Below are positions 35,418 to 47,370 of a stretch of 64,000 bases of DNA, piece by piece; position 1 is the stretch's first letter; every line of letters begins with the position of its first letter. This DNA is from Amphiscolops sp. MND2022 (lineage: Eukaryota): assembly GCA_964187785.1 (NCBI GenBank), contig OZ076419.1, positions 24,924,001 to 24,988,000 of the forward strand. Direction: 5' to 3'. The position numbers and the translations under genes are program-made. The notes under the pieces are model-generated. The model did not search any database. It was given only the letters and a program-made list of their open reading frames with translations, and was not told the origin of the DNA.

Positions 35418-36469
35418 CCCGGGTTGACCCTCTTACTAGCATCTTGGCTGTCTTGGCAAGATCTTGCCAAATTCTTAGTACATCTTGGCAGCCATGGATC
35501 CCATGGCAAGATTCTTATTAAGATCTTACTAAGATGATACTTATTCCAAGATCGTATCTTATCACGATGGACAAAATTTTAAGATTATTAAAAAACACTA
35601 TACCTTCGGTACAAGCAGCCGAGACTCAATCTAAAGGCTCATTTCACCCAACAACGACTATTTCTACTCGTTTTCATAATCAAAATGCTTAAACCTGCTG
35701 AAAAAATTTTGTATGCAAAAATGCGTGAAAAATTACGATAACGTAGTCTGGCTTCAGAAAATTTGACGAGAATCCTAATAATTCCTCGCCTGTTTAAGAC
35801 TGAAAAATGCCGAATGTACCAAATGAAAGGTAATTTCGAGGGCTTTTCAAAACTTGTAATTTATCATTCCTGTCGATTCCAGAGACGGAGAAATATGCTC
35901 TCAAACGTCTAGATCCACTATCGGAAATTTACAAAGGAAAGACCTTAAAATCCTGAAAATTTTGCTAGAATCATATTTCCAGCTTTCTTTGAGCCTGTTT
36001 AGTTGGCAGCCTTATTACTGCTAGACACGGCGGTCATTGCTCTATTTGGGGTAATGACAGCTCAAGGCTTATCTGACGCCGTTGTTGGCGACAGTTTTGC
36101 AATTGAAAAAAAATCGATATCGAAATGGTTGTAAAAATCATTCAGTAATTTTGTTCAATCAGAGTGATGTCTAGATTATTTTTGCATAACTCTTAATTTA
36201 ATGGTTTTCTGATTTTACTTTTTCTCGATATCGAGCAGTTCGTAGCAATTTTTTTCTTGCCATATTCGGCTTCTTAGTTAGATTTTTCTTGCCATATTGG
36301 GCTTCTTAGTAAGATTTTTCTTGGAAACATGGCTCTCTTGATAAGATCTTACCATGGCATCTTGCAATTCTTGGCAATATCTTGTCACGATCTTAGCTAA
36401 GAATTTTCCAAGATCTTGGCAAGATCTTGCCAAGATCTTACTAAGATATCCATGGAGGGTCGACCCGGG
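35418..36469. mobile_element. CMC-like element family C, copy 2
   Basis: TIR CCCGGGTTGACCCTC / GAGGGTCGACCCGGG. TSD TA. AAGATCTT subterminal repeats. Confidence 0.88.
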
Positions 36470-38109
36470 TAGTAATGAATATCTACCTGGAGATGATTGA
36501 TAAACCGAAACAATTTGCATATTTAATGGCCTTTCATTATATCTATTACGCAGGATTGCCAGGATCCGACGTTAATAAACATGAACTATGTTATGAAACT
36601 TAGTCGAGTCATGTTGCATACTAAGGTTAACCATCATAGCTCATTCTCGGTTTTCAGCTGAGTTTTTATCAAAATAATTAATTTCTTTGCTGAGAGTTTC
36701 AATGATAATCAATAATTATATCTTCGTCGAACTTTCTCTTTGGGCGAAAATCAAGAATTTTGGATTTAATAAAATTATTTGTAATGTTGTCACGAACTGC
36801 TGGGTCTTAATTAGACACCCAATGATCATCTCACTAGTGTATGCCCCAATTCCATGACGTCATCAATATGGTACTGGTTCATTCGGTACAACCCCAAGAT
36901 GAGAAAAGAGAAACTTAGTTTGAGACAAACTCTCGTCAAATTTGTCTTCACTTTCCTCTTTGCCAACTCTTGATAATAAAAGAGATTGTGATTAACTACG
37001 TCGAATTCGTGATCAAATAACGCAACGTATTCCTTGATAATCCAATATCAATACTAACATGAAATCGAACAAGGTGCAAAATCTTCGACGATTAAACTGC
37101 ACTTCAGGAGAAACTCCAAATAACTTGCAAACCAAATCATGAGAAAAAATCGACAGTAACGATTTCATTTTAAAAGTTCAATCACCATCAATACCATATC
37201 TGTAGGTAAATCATGATTAAGTTTATCACGATCAACTGTTGCAAAGTCGCACAGTGCCGAAAAAACCCGAAAGCAGAGGGAGGGCTCTGATTGCTTTCAG
37301 TTTTTTGAAATAGTTGAACAAGTAATAAAATCAAAAGGTACAGTTTGGCGAACAACCTAGAACTCAAAAATCAAACTTTTCCCTAATAAAATCATCATAA
37401 AAACACCATATTCACAGTACGAAAAAACTAAAGAGGTTATCCCTGAAACGAAAATAGTTTTCCTAAAATAAAAACTTGAAAAACCCTCAAATTTTTCTTG
37501 GGTTATTCGGAAAAAAATCATTTTGAAAAGTGCTGAAAAATCCAGAGGCTCTCTGAGTTCGCGAAACCTTTTTGCCCTTGCTAAAATCGAAAACTTTAAA
37601 GGGGCAATGTCACACAAATTTTTCATTTCATCAAAAATCTATATCCGAAGCCTTTTGTATTCAAGGTTTGCTTCCTAATGATTCATGATGGCAGTTCATC
37701 CTAAATGGGAGTTGAATAGATTGATTCAACTCGATTATTACAGTTACCTTTTTATGAAACCAATTTGTTGTTTTTAGTCGGTGCTTTAAAATGAAGTGAG
37801 ACTACTAAAGTGACCTTTCGCCATGTTTTTTTTACTCTGCTTGAAGTTTGAAGTGGCCATAAACGTGTGACCATAAAAGAAACTTGATAACATTAAAACC
37901 CTAACATCTCAGGAAGAGATAACGGAAATTATTCAAAACATAATTTGGCTATCCCAAAAACAGTTGGATTCCAGAAATTATTCAGACATGTTCCTTGAGA
38001 GCCTCTAAGTAGATATCCTTCACAATTTGATGCAAGCTTTTGAAAATTTATGAATGAAAAAAGAGTAGATGAAAGAGTAGATATTGCCTTATTGATAGCC
38101 CATAAGCTT

Positions 38110-38345
38110 TCATGCACCGACCATGATAACATGATCATGCATGATAGGCTATTATTGCATGATCTTGTATGACTGACATGGACTAACTAAATCAGACTAG
38201 GTTAGCATAGAAACAACATGATCATGCATGACTAACATGAAAAAAAAACATGATTATGCATGACTGACTTGAAAGTAACATGATCATGTATGACTCACAA
38301 GAATGTAACAAGAATGTAAAACTGATAGTGACGTGATCATTCATA
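38110..38345. repeat. Cluster of AACATGATCATGCATGAC-like palindromic motifs
   Basis: At least five copies with irregular spacing. Confidence 0.65.
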
Positions 38346-40765
38346 GAAACGCATGCGTCGTCAACCTAAGTAGGTTAAGAACGTTATAAGAATTTCACAC
38401 TACCAGCTTTGATGACACTGGTAGAAACGGATTCCGTTATAAATATATTTATAATTTTTTTTCGCTTATCGGTAGTGAAGATGGTGTAATTGCTAGAGCA
38501 TTTGTTCTGTACTGGGCGGTATCAGGCTTGCTTCTCTTTCAACTAACCATTCTTGAGACTTAAGTAAGTACTCCGTGTCTAGCTAAATGGCATGGTCTTG
38601 ACACTTTGAGGCCATATCTTCAAGTGAACTATTTTTGGACTACTGCTTTCAAAATGATACGGTAACTTGCTGCAGGGAGACAAAATGCTCCAAAAAATGC
38701 TCACTCACAAGCACGCCGGGTCAAACCCCCGTGCAAGTTGCAGTAAGATTGTTTTATGATCACGCCACAATCACGTCAAAATCTTATCCGGAATGGTACC
38801 ACGATCCGTACTGCGATTGCCGTGATGTCACAGAAAGTTCTTCCTTAACAATGGCTGCTTGGCACTACGGAAAAACTGACTGTCTATGGCCAAGTGGACA
38901 CGACGATCATTGATTGACTTCACTACATCATGGGTTTTTCCTTTTTTCCAGCTAAAACAAGGGACCTTTCCTGTAAATACATTAATTGTTTTAACGTAGA
39001 ACAGTGCTTGTGTCTTATCATGATAGAGTAATATGATTGTGGAACTTATGAATATTTAAGATATGAAAAACTTAAGCCTAATAAATTTTTCGGTAACTTT
39101 TTGAAATTCCGAACAATTTTTTTCTGGGATTGGAATTCCAACCAAAATGTCACGGGACTTTCGCTAGTTGATTCCGCTTATTTCCCAAAGTATGGTCTTT
39201 GTAGCTAGGAAAGAAATTTAGGTCTTATTTTCAAGGTGGGTGAGTTTTATAAGAGGGGGCAATAAAAACTGAGAAGATTGATAGGCTAACATTGGAAGCA
39301 GGCCTTATAATAGGAGAAACGCGGTTTGAACTTTACACGCATCACTGCGCTTTCGAACAAAGAACTATTAATGCCCAATTCATATCGGTCCGTTCCAAAC
39401 TTCAGCATTGTTGAATTTAGTTTTGAGTCCTCGAGTATGCTTACAGGCGGGGGACCATTCATACTGACTTCTCGAACATTTCATTGATATGGATGATTCA
39501 AAATTGACACCAGAATAAAATGATTACCATGATGATTCTGATTATGATTATCGGTACGAAAGTTGGTCGTGAACAAATATCGAGATTGCTTCTTTCTTCA
39601 GCATTTCCTAGTAAATTGAACTGAACTTCTACAACCTATCAATCATCCTGGTGTAACGTAAGTTATTAAACTATTGCCTAACTCGTTTAATTATGATAAT
39701 TTAATCGAAGTACACCCTCTTTATACCTATGACTCACAAATTAGCAACCAAGATGAACACGCCCTATCTTTAGCCGCATAATATGCGGATTCATTCCAGT
39801 TCAATCCACCAGTAGGCAAAAAAGGTAGACGTTACAGCTCAAACCGTTTTCCAAGTATTGTCTAACAATAGAAGCCTCACTAAAACAAGAAGCTCAACAA
39901 AGTTGCACAAAAATAAAAGAAGGTACTAGAGGTCTGAACACACCCATTGTTTTCAATTTCCAAAAAATTTTGAGCAGAAAATTGTAAAATTATATAGTTC
40001 CGGACTGTTTCCTTCACGTTTCTTTTTTCAGACGCTGCCATTATGCTGCTTGCATGTTTTTACTTCCGAACATACTTCCTTTTGGGAAATGGAAATTACT
40101 ACCTGTGCCGCATTTTCCCTAAAGTTGCCATGTTCCCTAATTAAAGCCCAAATTATAGACTTTCTTCCTCAGAACTCAGCAAATACAAAATAAGTTCCAT
40201 GGAATATTTTTTAGTAGTGAGTTTTGAAATGTTTTGGAGTATTTTTATTTTGAAGAATAAAATGACGCCGAAATAGTCAAAAATTCCAAAACATTCCTAT
40301 TTTGAAACATTTTATGCAATTTTTACACAGTTTCAGATAGATTTGGTGGGTTACAAGGTGGGAAGAGTTCAACCACAAACAAACCCGCTATCCAGTATGT
40401 TGTTTTGAAGAAAAACGAAAGATTTGTGGGATAAGTTATCTCAAAAGGAATACAAAAAGCCAGAAATTATGAAATTTCCCACTTTTTGACAAATCATATA
40501 CAATTTTAGTACAATTTTCGGATGTGTTTTGTAAGTTAGAAAATCCTACGGGCTTAAAGTCGAAACCGTTAGCTATCCAGTACGCTTTTCAGAATGAAAT
40601 CCAAAGAATTTCGATAAAGGAAGCTTCTAATTATTTTTCAAACTTAGACTGTAATAAGCAACTTTTGTACAGTTTTTGAACGTTTTGGTAGGTATGAAAA
40701 CCAGAAAGTTCAAAAACAAAACAATTATAAACTTTGCATACTTATTCAAGAAACTCTCGTGTTTT

Positions 40766-41084
40766 TTATTTTCCGTCCACATGAATGGGGGAGGAAATTC
40801 ATGATTTGTGATGCGTTTTTTTACAAATTCTGCCAAAACTCCATTTTATCTCCTCTCCCTGAGTGCACGTCACTTAGTCACTTAAACTGAGTTAGAACTG
40901 AGTTACTTCAATTATGGTGGCTCCTCAGTCAGGTTGTAGGTCCTGGGTTCGAACCCGGGGTGATGCTTGAATTTTTTTGTTTCCCAGCCAGTAGGTCGTG
41001 GGTTCGAACCTCTCCTTCGCCATACTTTTTTATAAAAAAAGCGTGTCGCGGAAAATATCCCGGTGCTTAGCGGGCGTCTTGTTT
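40766..41084 (+). mobile_element. H2 copy 2
   Basis: Same 5' block and 3' GCGGAAAATATCCCGGTGCTTAGCGGGCGTCTTGTTT. Internal tRNA-like B-boxes. Confidence 0.65.
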
Positions 41085-41816
41085 ATTATCAAACCCCACA
41101 AAATGCAAAGAAAAGTTTCAATAAAAACGAGAAACTTTAGCAACTTGCGACTATTTTGTGCTAATTCAAAACTTTTTTTGGTGATATGACTATCCAACCA
41201 GTGTAGAAACCAAATACAGACAGTGAAAAAAAACATGTTTTGAAGAAAAGAAAACACTTTCGTGATGAGTTTATATTTTTCCAAAAACAATGCTTGAATG
41301 AGCCAAACGAAACCAAAAACTAATTTTCTGAACGTTCCTTTCAGTTTTTGAACAAATTTGGCATGTTTTTGTGGGTATGAAAATCCAACAATTTCAACAG
41401 CGCAATTACTAGCACTCTAGCATACCGTTGTTTGTTATAAATTAAAATTTGCCCTTAAAGTTTATTGAGAACCAGAACTTACTGTTTCCGAGCATCATTG
41501 TGTAGTGGTTGAAACATTAGGCCAGTGTTGGTTCGGCACCACGTTTGAATCTCTCTTAATTCAGTATTGATGGGTTTCGAACAATTTTTTCGTCTCTGGC
41601 TTAGAGGTATGGGCTTGTAGAAAAGAACGCATTTGGCATTTGGGAACAAAAATCAAAAGAGCAACGACGAGTTGCTAGGCCTAGAGCAAGGTCAACTCAC
41701 CATTGTTGGGCCTTAAGCAAGTCCTTGATCCCTAGCTTATGGTAAGGTCAGTGACAAAAAATATAACGCATTTGGAGGGAAACAAAAACAAAAAAGGAGC
41801 AACAGCGAGAAGTCAG

Positions 41817-42863
41817 CCCGGGTTGACCCTCTTACTAGCATCTTGGCTGTCTTGGCAAGATCTTGCCAAATTCTTAGTACATCTTGGCAGCCATGGATCC
41901 CATGGCAAGATTCTTATTAAGATCTTACTAAGATAATACTTATTCCAAGATCGTATCTTATCACAATGGACAAAATTTTAAGGTTATTAAACAACACTAT
42001 ACCTTCGGTACAAGCAGCCGAGACTCAATCTAAAGACTCATTTCACCCAACAACGACTATTTCTACTCGTTTTCATAATCAAAATGCTTAAACCTGCTGA
42101 AAAAATTTTGCATGCAAAAATGCGTGAAAAATTACGATAACGTAGTCTGGCTTCAGAAATTCTGACGAGAATCCTAATAATTCCTCACCTGTTTAAGACT
42201 GAAAAATGCCGAATGTACCAAATGAAAGGTAATTTCAAGGGCTTTTCAAAACTTGTAATTTATCATTCCTGTCGATTCCAGAGACGGATAAATATGCTCT
42301 CAAACGTCCAGATCCACTATCGGAAAGTTACAAAGGAAAGACCTTAAAACCCTGAAATTTTTGTAAAAATCATATTTCCAGCTTTCTTTGAGCCTGTTTA
42401 GCAGCCTTATTACTGCTAGAAACGGCGGTCATTGCTCTATTTTGGGTATAATGATTCAGCTCAAGGCTTATCTGACGCCGTTGTTGGCGACAGTTTTGCA
42501 ATTGAAAAAAATTGATATCGAAATGGTTGTAAAAATCATTCAGTAATTTTGTTTTGAGTGATATCTAGATCATTTTTGCATAACTCCTAATTTAATGGTT
42601 TTCTGATTTTACTTTCTCTCGATATCGAGCAGTTCGTAGCAATTTTTTTCTTGCCAAATTCGGCTTCTTAGTTAGATTTTTCTTGCCATATTGGGCTTCT
42701 TAGTAAGATTTTTCTTGGAAACATGGCTCTCTTGATAAGATCTTACCATGGCATCTTGCAATTCTTGGCAATATCTTGTCACGATCTTAGCTAAGAATTT
42801 TCCAAGATCTTGGCAAGATCTTGCCAAGATCTTACTAAGATATCCATGGAGGGTCGACCCGGG
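41817..42863. mobile_element. CMC-like element family C, copy 3
   Basis: Nearly identical to 35418-36469 over its whole length. TSD AG. Confidence 0.88.
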
Positions 42864-44299
42864 AGACCTTTACGACCTCGAGCAAGTCACTTTGAAATCA
42901 CAGCGTCAAGCCGATCAACGGTTGACCATGTGGATGCAACTATGGTTATAGTTGCTCCCTGTTGAAGAAAAGTTCTTAAAGGGTATCAACATCAAAAATA
43001 AAAAATGGGGAATTGCCCAATTCTCGGATTTGGGGGTCATTTTTCTCTTCTTTTTTGTCAACTTGTGACCGTTTTTTGCATATTTTTGGTGGGCAAATTT
43101 CAGTAGGAGGTATGAACGTCCACAGTCTTCAAAAACAAAACAGTCAGGTACTGGCATACTCTTATTTGGAACAAAACAGAGTGTTTTTTTCAAAATCGGA
43201 AACAATGAATTGAAGCATTTGAAAACCTTGATTTTTCATATATTTTTTTCGTAGTGTATTGGATACGCTCGAGCGTTAAGACTGTGTCGCTGCTAGAAAA
43301 GTTCAGCCTGGAAAATATCCCGCTGCTCAGAGGACGTATTGTGAAATTTGCCCCATAGCACAGTTTCAACAATTTGGCACCGCTTTTTATTAATTTGGTT
43401 GCGTGATGGGCTTTCAAAAAAGTTTCACCAAGCTATCAAAAGAAGTATTTATAATCTTTTCCCTCAAAACCAAATTTTTGAGACACTTGAAAAATTCAAA
43501 ATTTTCGTCGGTTTTTGGGCTAGGAAAAATCCCAATTTTTCACTACGATAGAAACGATCTCTTCATTTCACACTATTCAAAATGAACATTCGTGAAAAAT
43601 CATTCTCAATACATTTCTCGAAGTGAATGAGAAATACCAAATGTAATAATAACTGTTTAATTGAGTGCTTTTGGTTTTTCATGCAGTTTTCATGAAGCTT
43701 TGTTCAGATTATTCACAAATCGATTTTCGAATCAACGAAGTATCGCTAGTTGATGCTCTTTATAATTCCATTTAAAAATCCCCAGTCCAATTCTCTGGCA
43801 TGTGCAAAGAAAGGATAGTTTTGAACCTTTGAAAAATTTTCTATTTCGTGATAAACTCTGATAATGTTCAATTCACAAGCTTTTCGTTTTGAACTCAATG
43901 CATGTGAAAACGCTGGTCGAAATTTGGTAACACTTGAAATAAAGTGTCATTTGATGCTTTTTTCTCTAATTCTAAAGCTTTAAAAGCTTTGTTACTCTAA
44001 TTCCAAAGGCCCCTTTTTTATCAAACAAAAGAAAATTATTTTTTTTGTTGACCGAATTTGACTCCACACAAAACACAAGAATTGCTATATGCTGTTACCA
44101 GTAAGGGTATCTCATGGAGATCGGCGCCAATTTTTTGACCTCTGACGGCTCGAAAAAAATTAGACGCACAGTTTTAACCATTTTTGCATCTCTTCAGAAC
44201 AAACATGAATACCATATTCTAGTAGCTACCGTGTACTATAATTGTATCGTATTTTGATTTATGGGACTTTTCAATCTTTTTTTATTTCAATCCAACTGC

Positions 44300-44321
44300 A
44301 TTCTTTTGTTTTCTTTTGTAG
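44300..44321 (+). promoter_or_regulatory. Putative 3' splice acceptor upstream of the GPCR ORF
   Basis: Pyrimidine tract TTCTTTTGTTTTCTTTTGTAG ending 27 nt before the ATG. Confidence 0.5.
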
Positions 44322-44348
44322 ATTCAGAACTCTCAACCGCTAACAGCA

Positions 44349-45464
44349 ATGGAATTGTACAACCAGACTCCGGCATTTAGCCCTGGATCTATTCAGTCAA
44401 CGACAACTCCTGGACCAAACGTCGATATGGCTCAATCACTGGATTCCTTCTCCAACTTATCCGCTATTCAAACTGGGATTTTCATGCTTTTCGTCTTCAG
44501 ATCCCTGATAGCGTTTATCGGCTTCTTCGCCAACTGTCTTGTTGTTTTCTGTGTATGTTATTTCAAAAAATTGCGCAAAGTCAACAACTTTTTTGTTGCA
44601 AACTTGGCCATTATCGATGCACTGACATTGGCGGTTGATATGACAATATTTCTCCCGTGTAATATCCCACCACCTTATAAAAAACAAAGTCTGCGTTTTC
44701 TGAACTGCCAAATTGCTTCGTTTGGCAATACCCTAACAGCTATGAGTCTCATCGCCCTCATTCTGATATCAGTGGACCGATTCATTTTCATTATTATGCC
44801 CCTGAGGTATGAGCAATTCCGACGAAATTGGCTCAAGATCATTCTTATCCTCTGCTGGGGCATTTGCGGCGGACTTTACACGATTTTCGGCATGAGCCTG
44901 ATGTGTCCGAAAGGAGGCCGATTTGAGACAACATATAACTTGATCAATTTATTCTATTTTATAATATGGTTTATCATTGTTACTGTTTTGTATTCCATTA
45001 TCTTCAAAACTGCTCACAAACAAAACCAGGCGATTAGAAATAACATTATGATGACTCAGCGAGCTAGTGTTGCAGGAGCACCCGCGAATATGACCAGTTC
45101 TGGCGTTCAAGGTGATGCAAATATGACCCCCAATTTCAGTCAAACTCAGATTCGAATTATTCTAGGTTATGCGTTGATTGTTGGAATCGCGTTCGTGACA
45201 TTTCTGTTTATTGAAGCTCTTGAAGTTGTATTCCTGATCAACTCAGATACTGGATCGTTTTCGGAAGTGCCATTTCTCTTGGTTGAAATAGCCCGAACTC
45301 AGTTGACACTGAATTCAGTGATAAACCCCTTCATTTATGGCGCCACACAAAAAGTTTACAGAGACGCGTTCTTGTCAACAATCAAGTGTCAAATAACGAA
45401 AACGGCACTGAAGAGAAACACAATTTACGACAACGAAACTCTCAAATTAGATGTTGAAGCGTGA
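44349..45464 (+). CDS. Orphan class A (rhodopsin-like) GPCR, 371 aa, coding region uninterrupted
   Basis: Seven hydrophobic segments. TM1 FFAN, TM2 NFFVANLAIID (LAxxD), TM3 Cys (FLNCQ) and SVDRF (DRY-like), ICL2 MPLRY, TM4 Trp (LCWG), ECL2 Cys, TM7 NSVINPFIYG (NPxxY). N-terminal N-glycosylation sequons NQT and NLS. Confidence 0.92.
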   Translation: MELYNQTPAFSPGSIQSTTTPGPNVDMAQSLDSFSNLSAIQTGIFMLFVFRSLIAFIGFFANCLVVFCVCYFKKLRKVNNFFVANLAIIDALTLAVDMTIFLPCNIPPPYKKQSLRFLNCQIASFGNTLTAMSLIALILISVDRFIFIIMPLRYEQFRRNWLKIILILCWGICGGLYTIFGMSLMCPKGGRFETTYNLINLFYFIIWFIIVTVLYSIIFKTAHKQNQAIRNNIMMTQRASVAGAPANMTSSGVQGDANMTPNFSQTQIRIILGYALIVGIAFVTFLFIEALEVVFLINSDTGSFSEVPFLLVEIARTQLTLNSVINPFIYGATQKVYRDAFLSTIKCQITKTALKRNTIYDNETLKLDVEA

Positions 45465-45959
45465 ACGTGTGAACAAAAAGTTGTCTGCCGACGTTTTTAT
45501 TCGTGGATTGTTCAGCTGTTTATGTGTGTCAAAGTGTTTCAACCGGAAGTGTGAACGGGTTATTTCACGTCAATCAAACTCCAAAGCGAGCAAGACATGT
45601 GAACCTTTCATTTCTTGCATTCACTGTTCAAAACTAATTCTCACTATTCTCATTCAAAACAAACTATCAAAATTTTTATTTTTGATGCTAGTCTTTTTTA
45701 TATACAAAATATACATTTTTATAATGTATATAAAAAACAAAATTACAAGATTCATTTGCGCTATTTATATTGGTATTAAAAAATTGTTGCAATCTTATTG
45801 TACAATATGGACCTTGGAAGTCTTCAAGCAAATTTTTGAACTTATTCTGAACTTTTAATGCAATGATCAATAATGTTGGAGGAATCTATATTATTTTTAT
45901 AAATCATAAGATTTATTGACATTAGATAAAGCACTTTATTGATATTAGAATTTTATTTG

Positions 45960-46287
45960 GGTACTCCTGACTAAGTGTGGTCCCTACAAAACTTATGCAG
46001 CCGGCCTGAAAACTCCTGACTAAGTGTGGTCCCTAGAAAAGGTTAGCATATTTGTTGTATGGCTCGGTCGCTTCGCTCCCTTCGCCAAGTAGCAACATTG
46101 AGGCATGGCCAAATGGCACGTCGCTCCGCTTCGCTTCGCTCCTGCATTTAGGGCACTAGGGGTGTGTGAACATAGCTGATGACGTAATAGCAAAAATTCG
46201 ACAAACTATGCAGGGACCACACTTATAAACGAGGGACCACACTTAGTAAAGAGAAATCGCTTGGGACCACACTAAGTCAGGAGTACC
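45960..46287. mobile_element. TIR MITE with 8-bp TSD (hAT- or Mutator-like)
   Basis: 25-bp TIR GGTACTCCTGACTAAGTGTGGTCCC and its near-perfect reverse complement. TSD TTTATTTG. Repeated GGGACCACACT subterminal motifs. Confidence 0.85.
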
Positions 46288-46376
46288 TTTATTTGTATTA
46301 ATTTTGGTGCTTTGATCTTTCTCAATACCTTCCCTGCTACCATTTTTGGTCAACCAGCAACTTGAGTCTGTTCAAC

Positions 46377-46845
46377 GGATGCGGGACAAAACAGCTTCGC
46401 TCCTGCATTTAGGGCACTAGGAGTATGTGAACATAGCTGACTAGGGGAAATTGAAAAATTTATTTTATTCTTTCGGACTTTGTACTGTTTTAAAATCAGC
46501 TGTTTTGTCCTGTTTTGAAAATCGGCTGTTTTGTCCTGTTTTGAAAATCGGCTGTTTTGTCCTGTTTTGAAAATCGGCTGTTTTGTCCTGTTTTGAAAAT
46601 CGGCTGTTTTGTCCCGTTTAAAATCGGCTGTTTTGTCCTGTTTTGAAAATCGGCTGTTTTGTCCCGTTTAAAATCGGCTGTTTTGTCCTGTTTTGAAAAT
46701 CGGCTGTTTTGTCCCGTTTAAAATCGGCTGTTTTGTCCTGTTTTGAAAATCGGCTGTTTTGTCCTGTTTAAAATCGGCTGTTTTGTCCTGTTTTGAAAAT
46801 CGGCTGTTTTGTCCCGTTTAAAATCGGCTGTTTTGTCCCGCTCCC
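46377..46845. mobile_element. Mutator-like element with a minisatellite-expanded right TIR
   Basis: TIR GGATGCGGGACAAAACAGC / GCTGTTTTGTCCCGCTCCC. Perfect 9-bp TSD CTGTTCAAC. Confidence 0.8.
46492..46840. repeat. Minisatellite, about 14 units of 26/24 bp (AAAATCGGCTGTTTTGTCCTGTTTTG)
   Basis: Four 26-bp units, then alternating 24- and 26-bp units giving a 50-bp higher-order repeat. Confidence 0.95.
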
Positions 46846-47069
46846 CTGTTCAACGTCCCTAAATTCGCTAAGATGTATCTTCGAATAAATCATAACTGAC
46901 TAAACTTGATGAATGTGTCACATTGGATTAACGCGAAAACAAAATTGCGCATTGAACTTGATCTATTACAGTCGATGCTGTATCTAACTATCAGTATTGT
47001 AAGAGACGAGAATAAACAAGATGGATGAAATTCCATCAATATGTTATTTGTTGGAGAAGTTGAACCTAT

Positions 47070-47370
47070 GGATCATTCAATCATTTCCTCCAAATTTGCA
47101 AATTTTTGCAAGTATGTTGTTAGTGAAAAAATGTTCGTTCCCGGCAGCGATTCTGTGGTTATAATACACCCAGGTTTACAGGCCATGGCTTTCCATCCAT
47201 CATTCATGGGTTCGCCTTGCCGATAATCATTCCATGATCATGGAAAGATATTCATGATTCATGGTCACATCCATGGAATTCCATCATAATGAATACCAGC
47301 AATGATTCGAATGTAATGCCATGGAAAAACCATGATAATAGATGGAAAGCCGACATTGAACCATGACCGT
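47070..47370. repeat. CCATG/CATGA-rich degenerate repeat cluster
   Basis: Dense CCATGG, CATGATCATG and TTCATGATTCATGG motifs. Confidence 0.5.

Noticed and set aside
38635-38913. Cys-rich 92-aa ORF
   Set aside because: Non-ATG start, no recognisable domain, no clear splice signals; cannot be supported as an exon.
46168-46210. Hammerhead ribozyme core CTGATGA (also 55177 and CTGACGA at 63524)
   Set aside because: No stem II followed by GAAA and no closing helices.
46492-46840. CRISPR-like regular repeat
   Set aside because: Head-to-tail units with no unique spacers, no cas genes, and a eukaryotic context.
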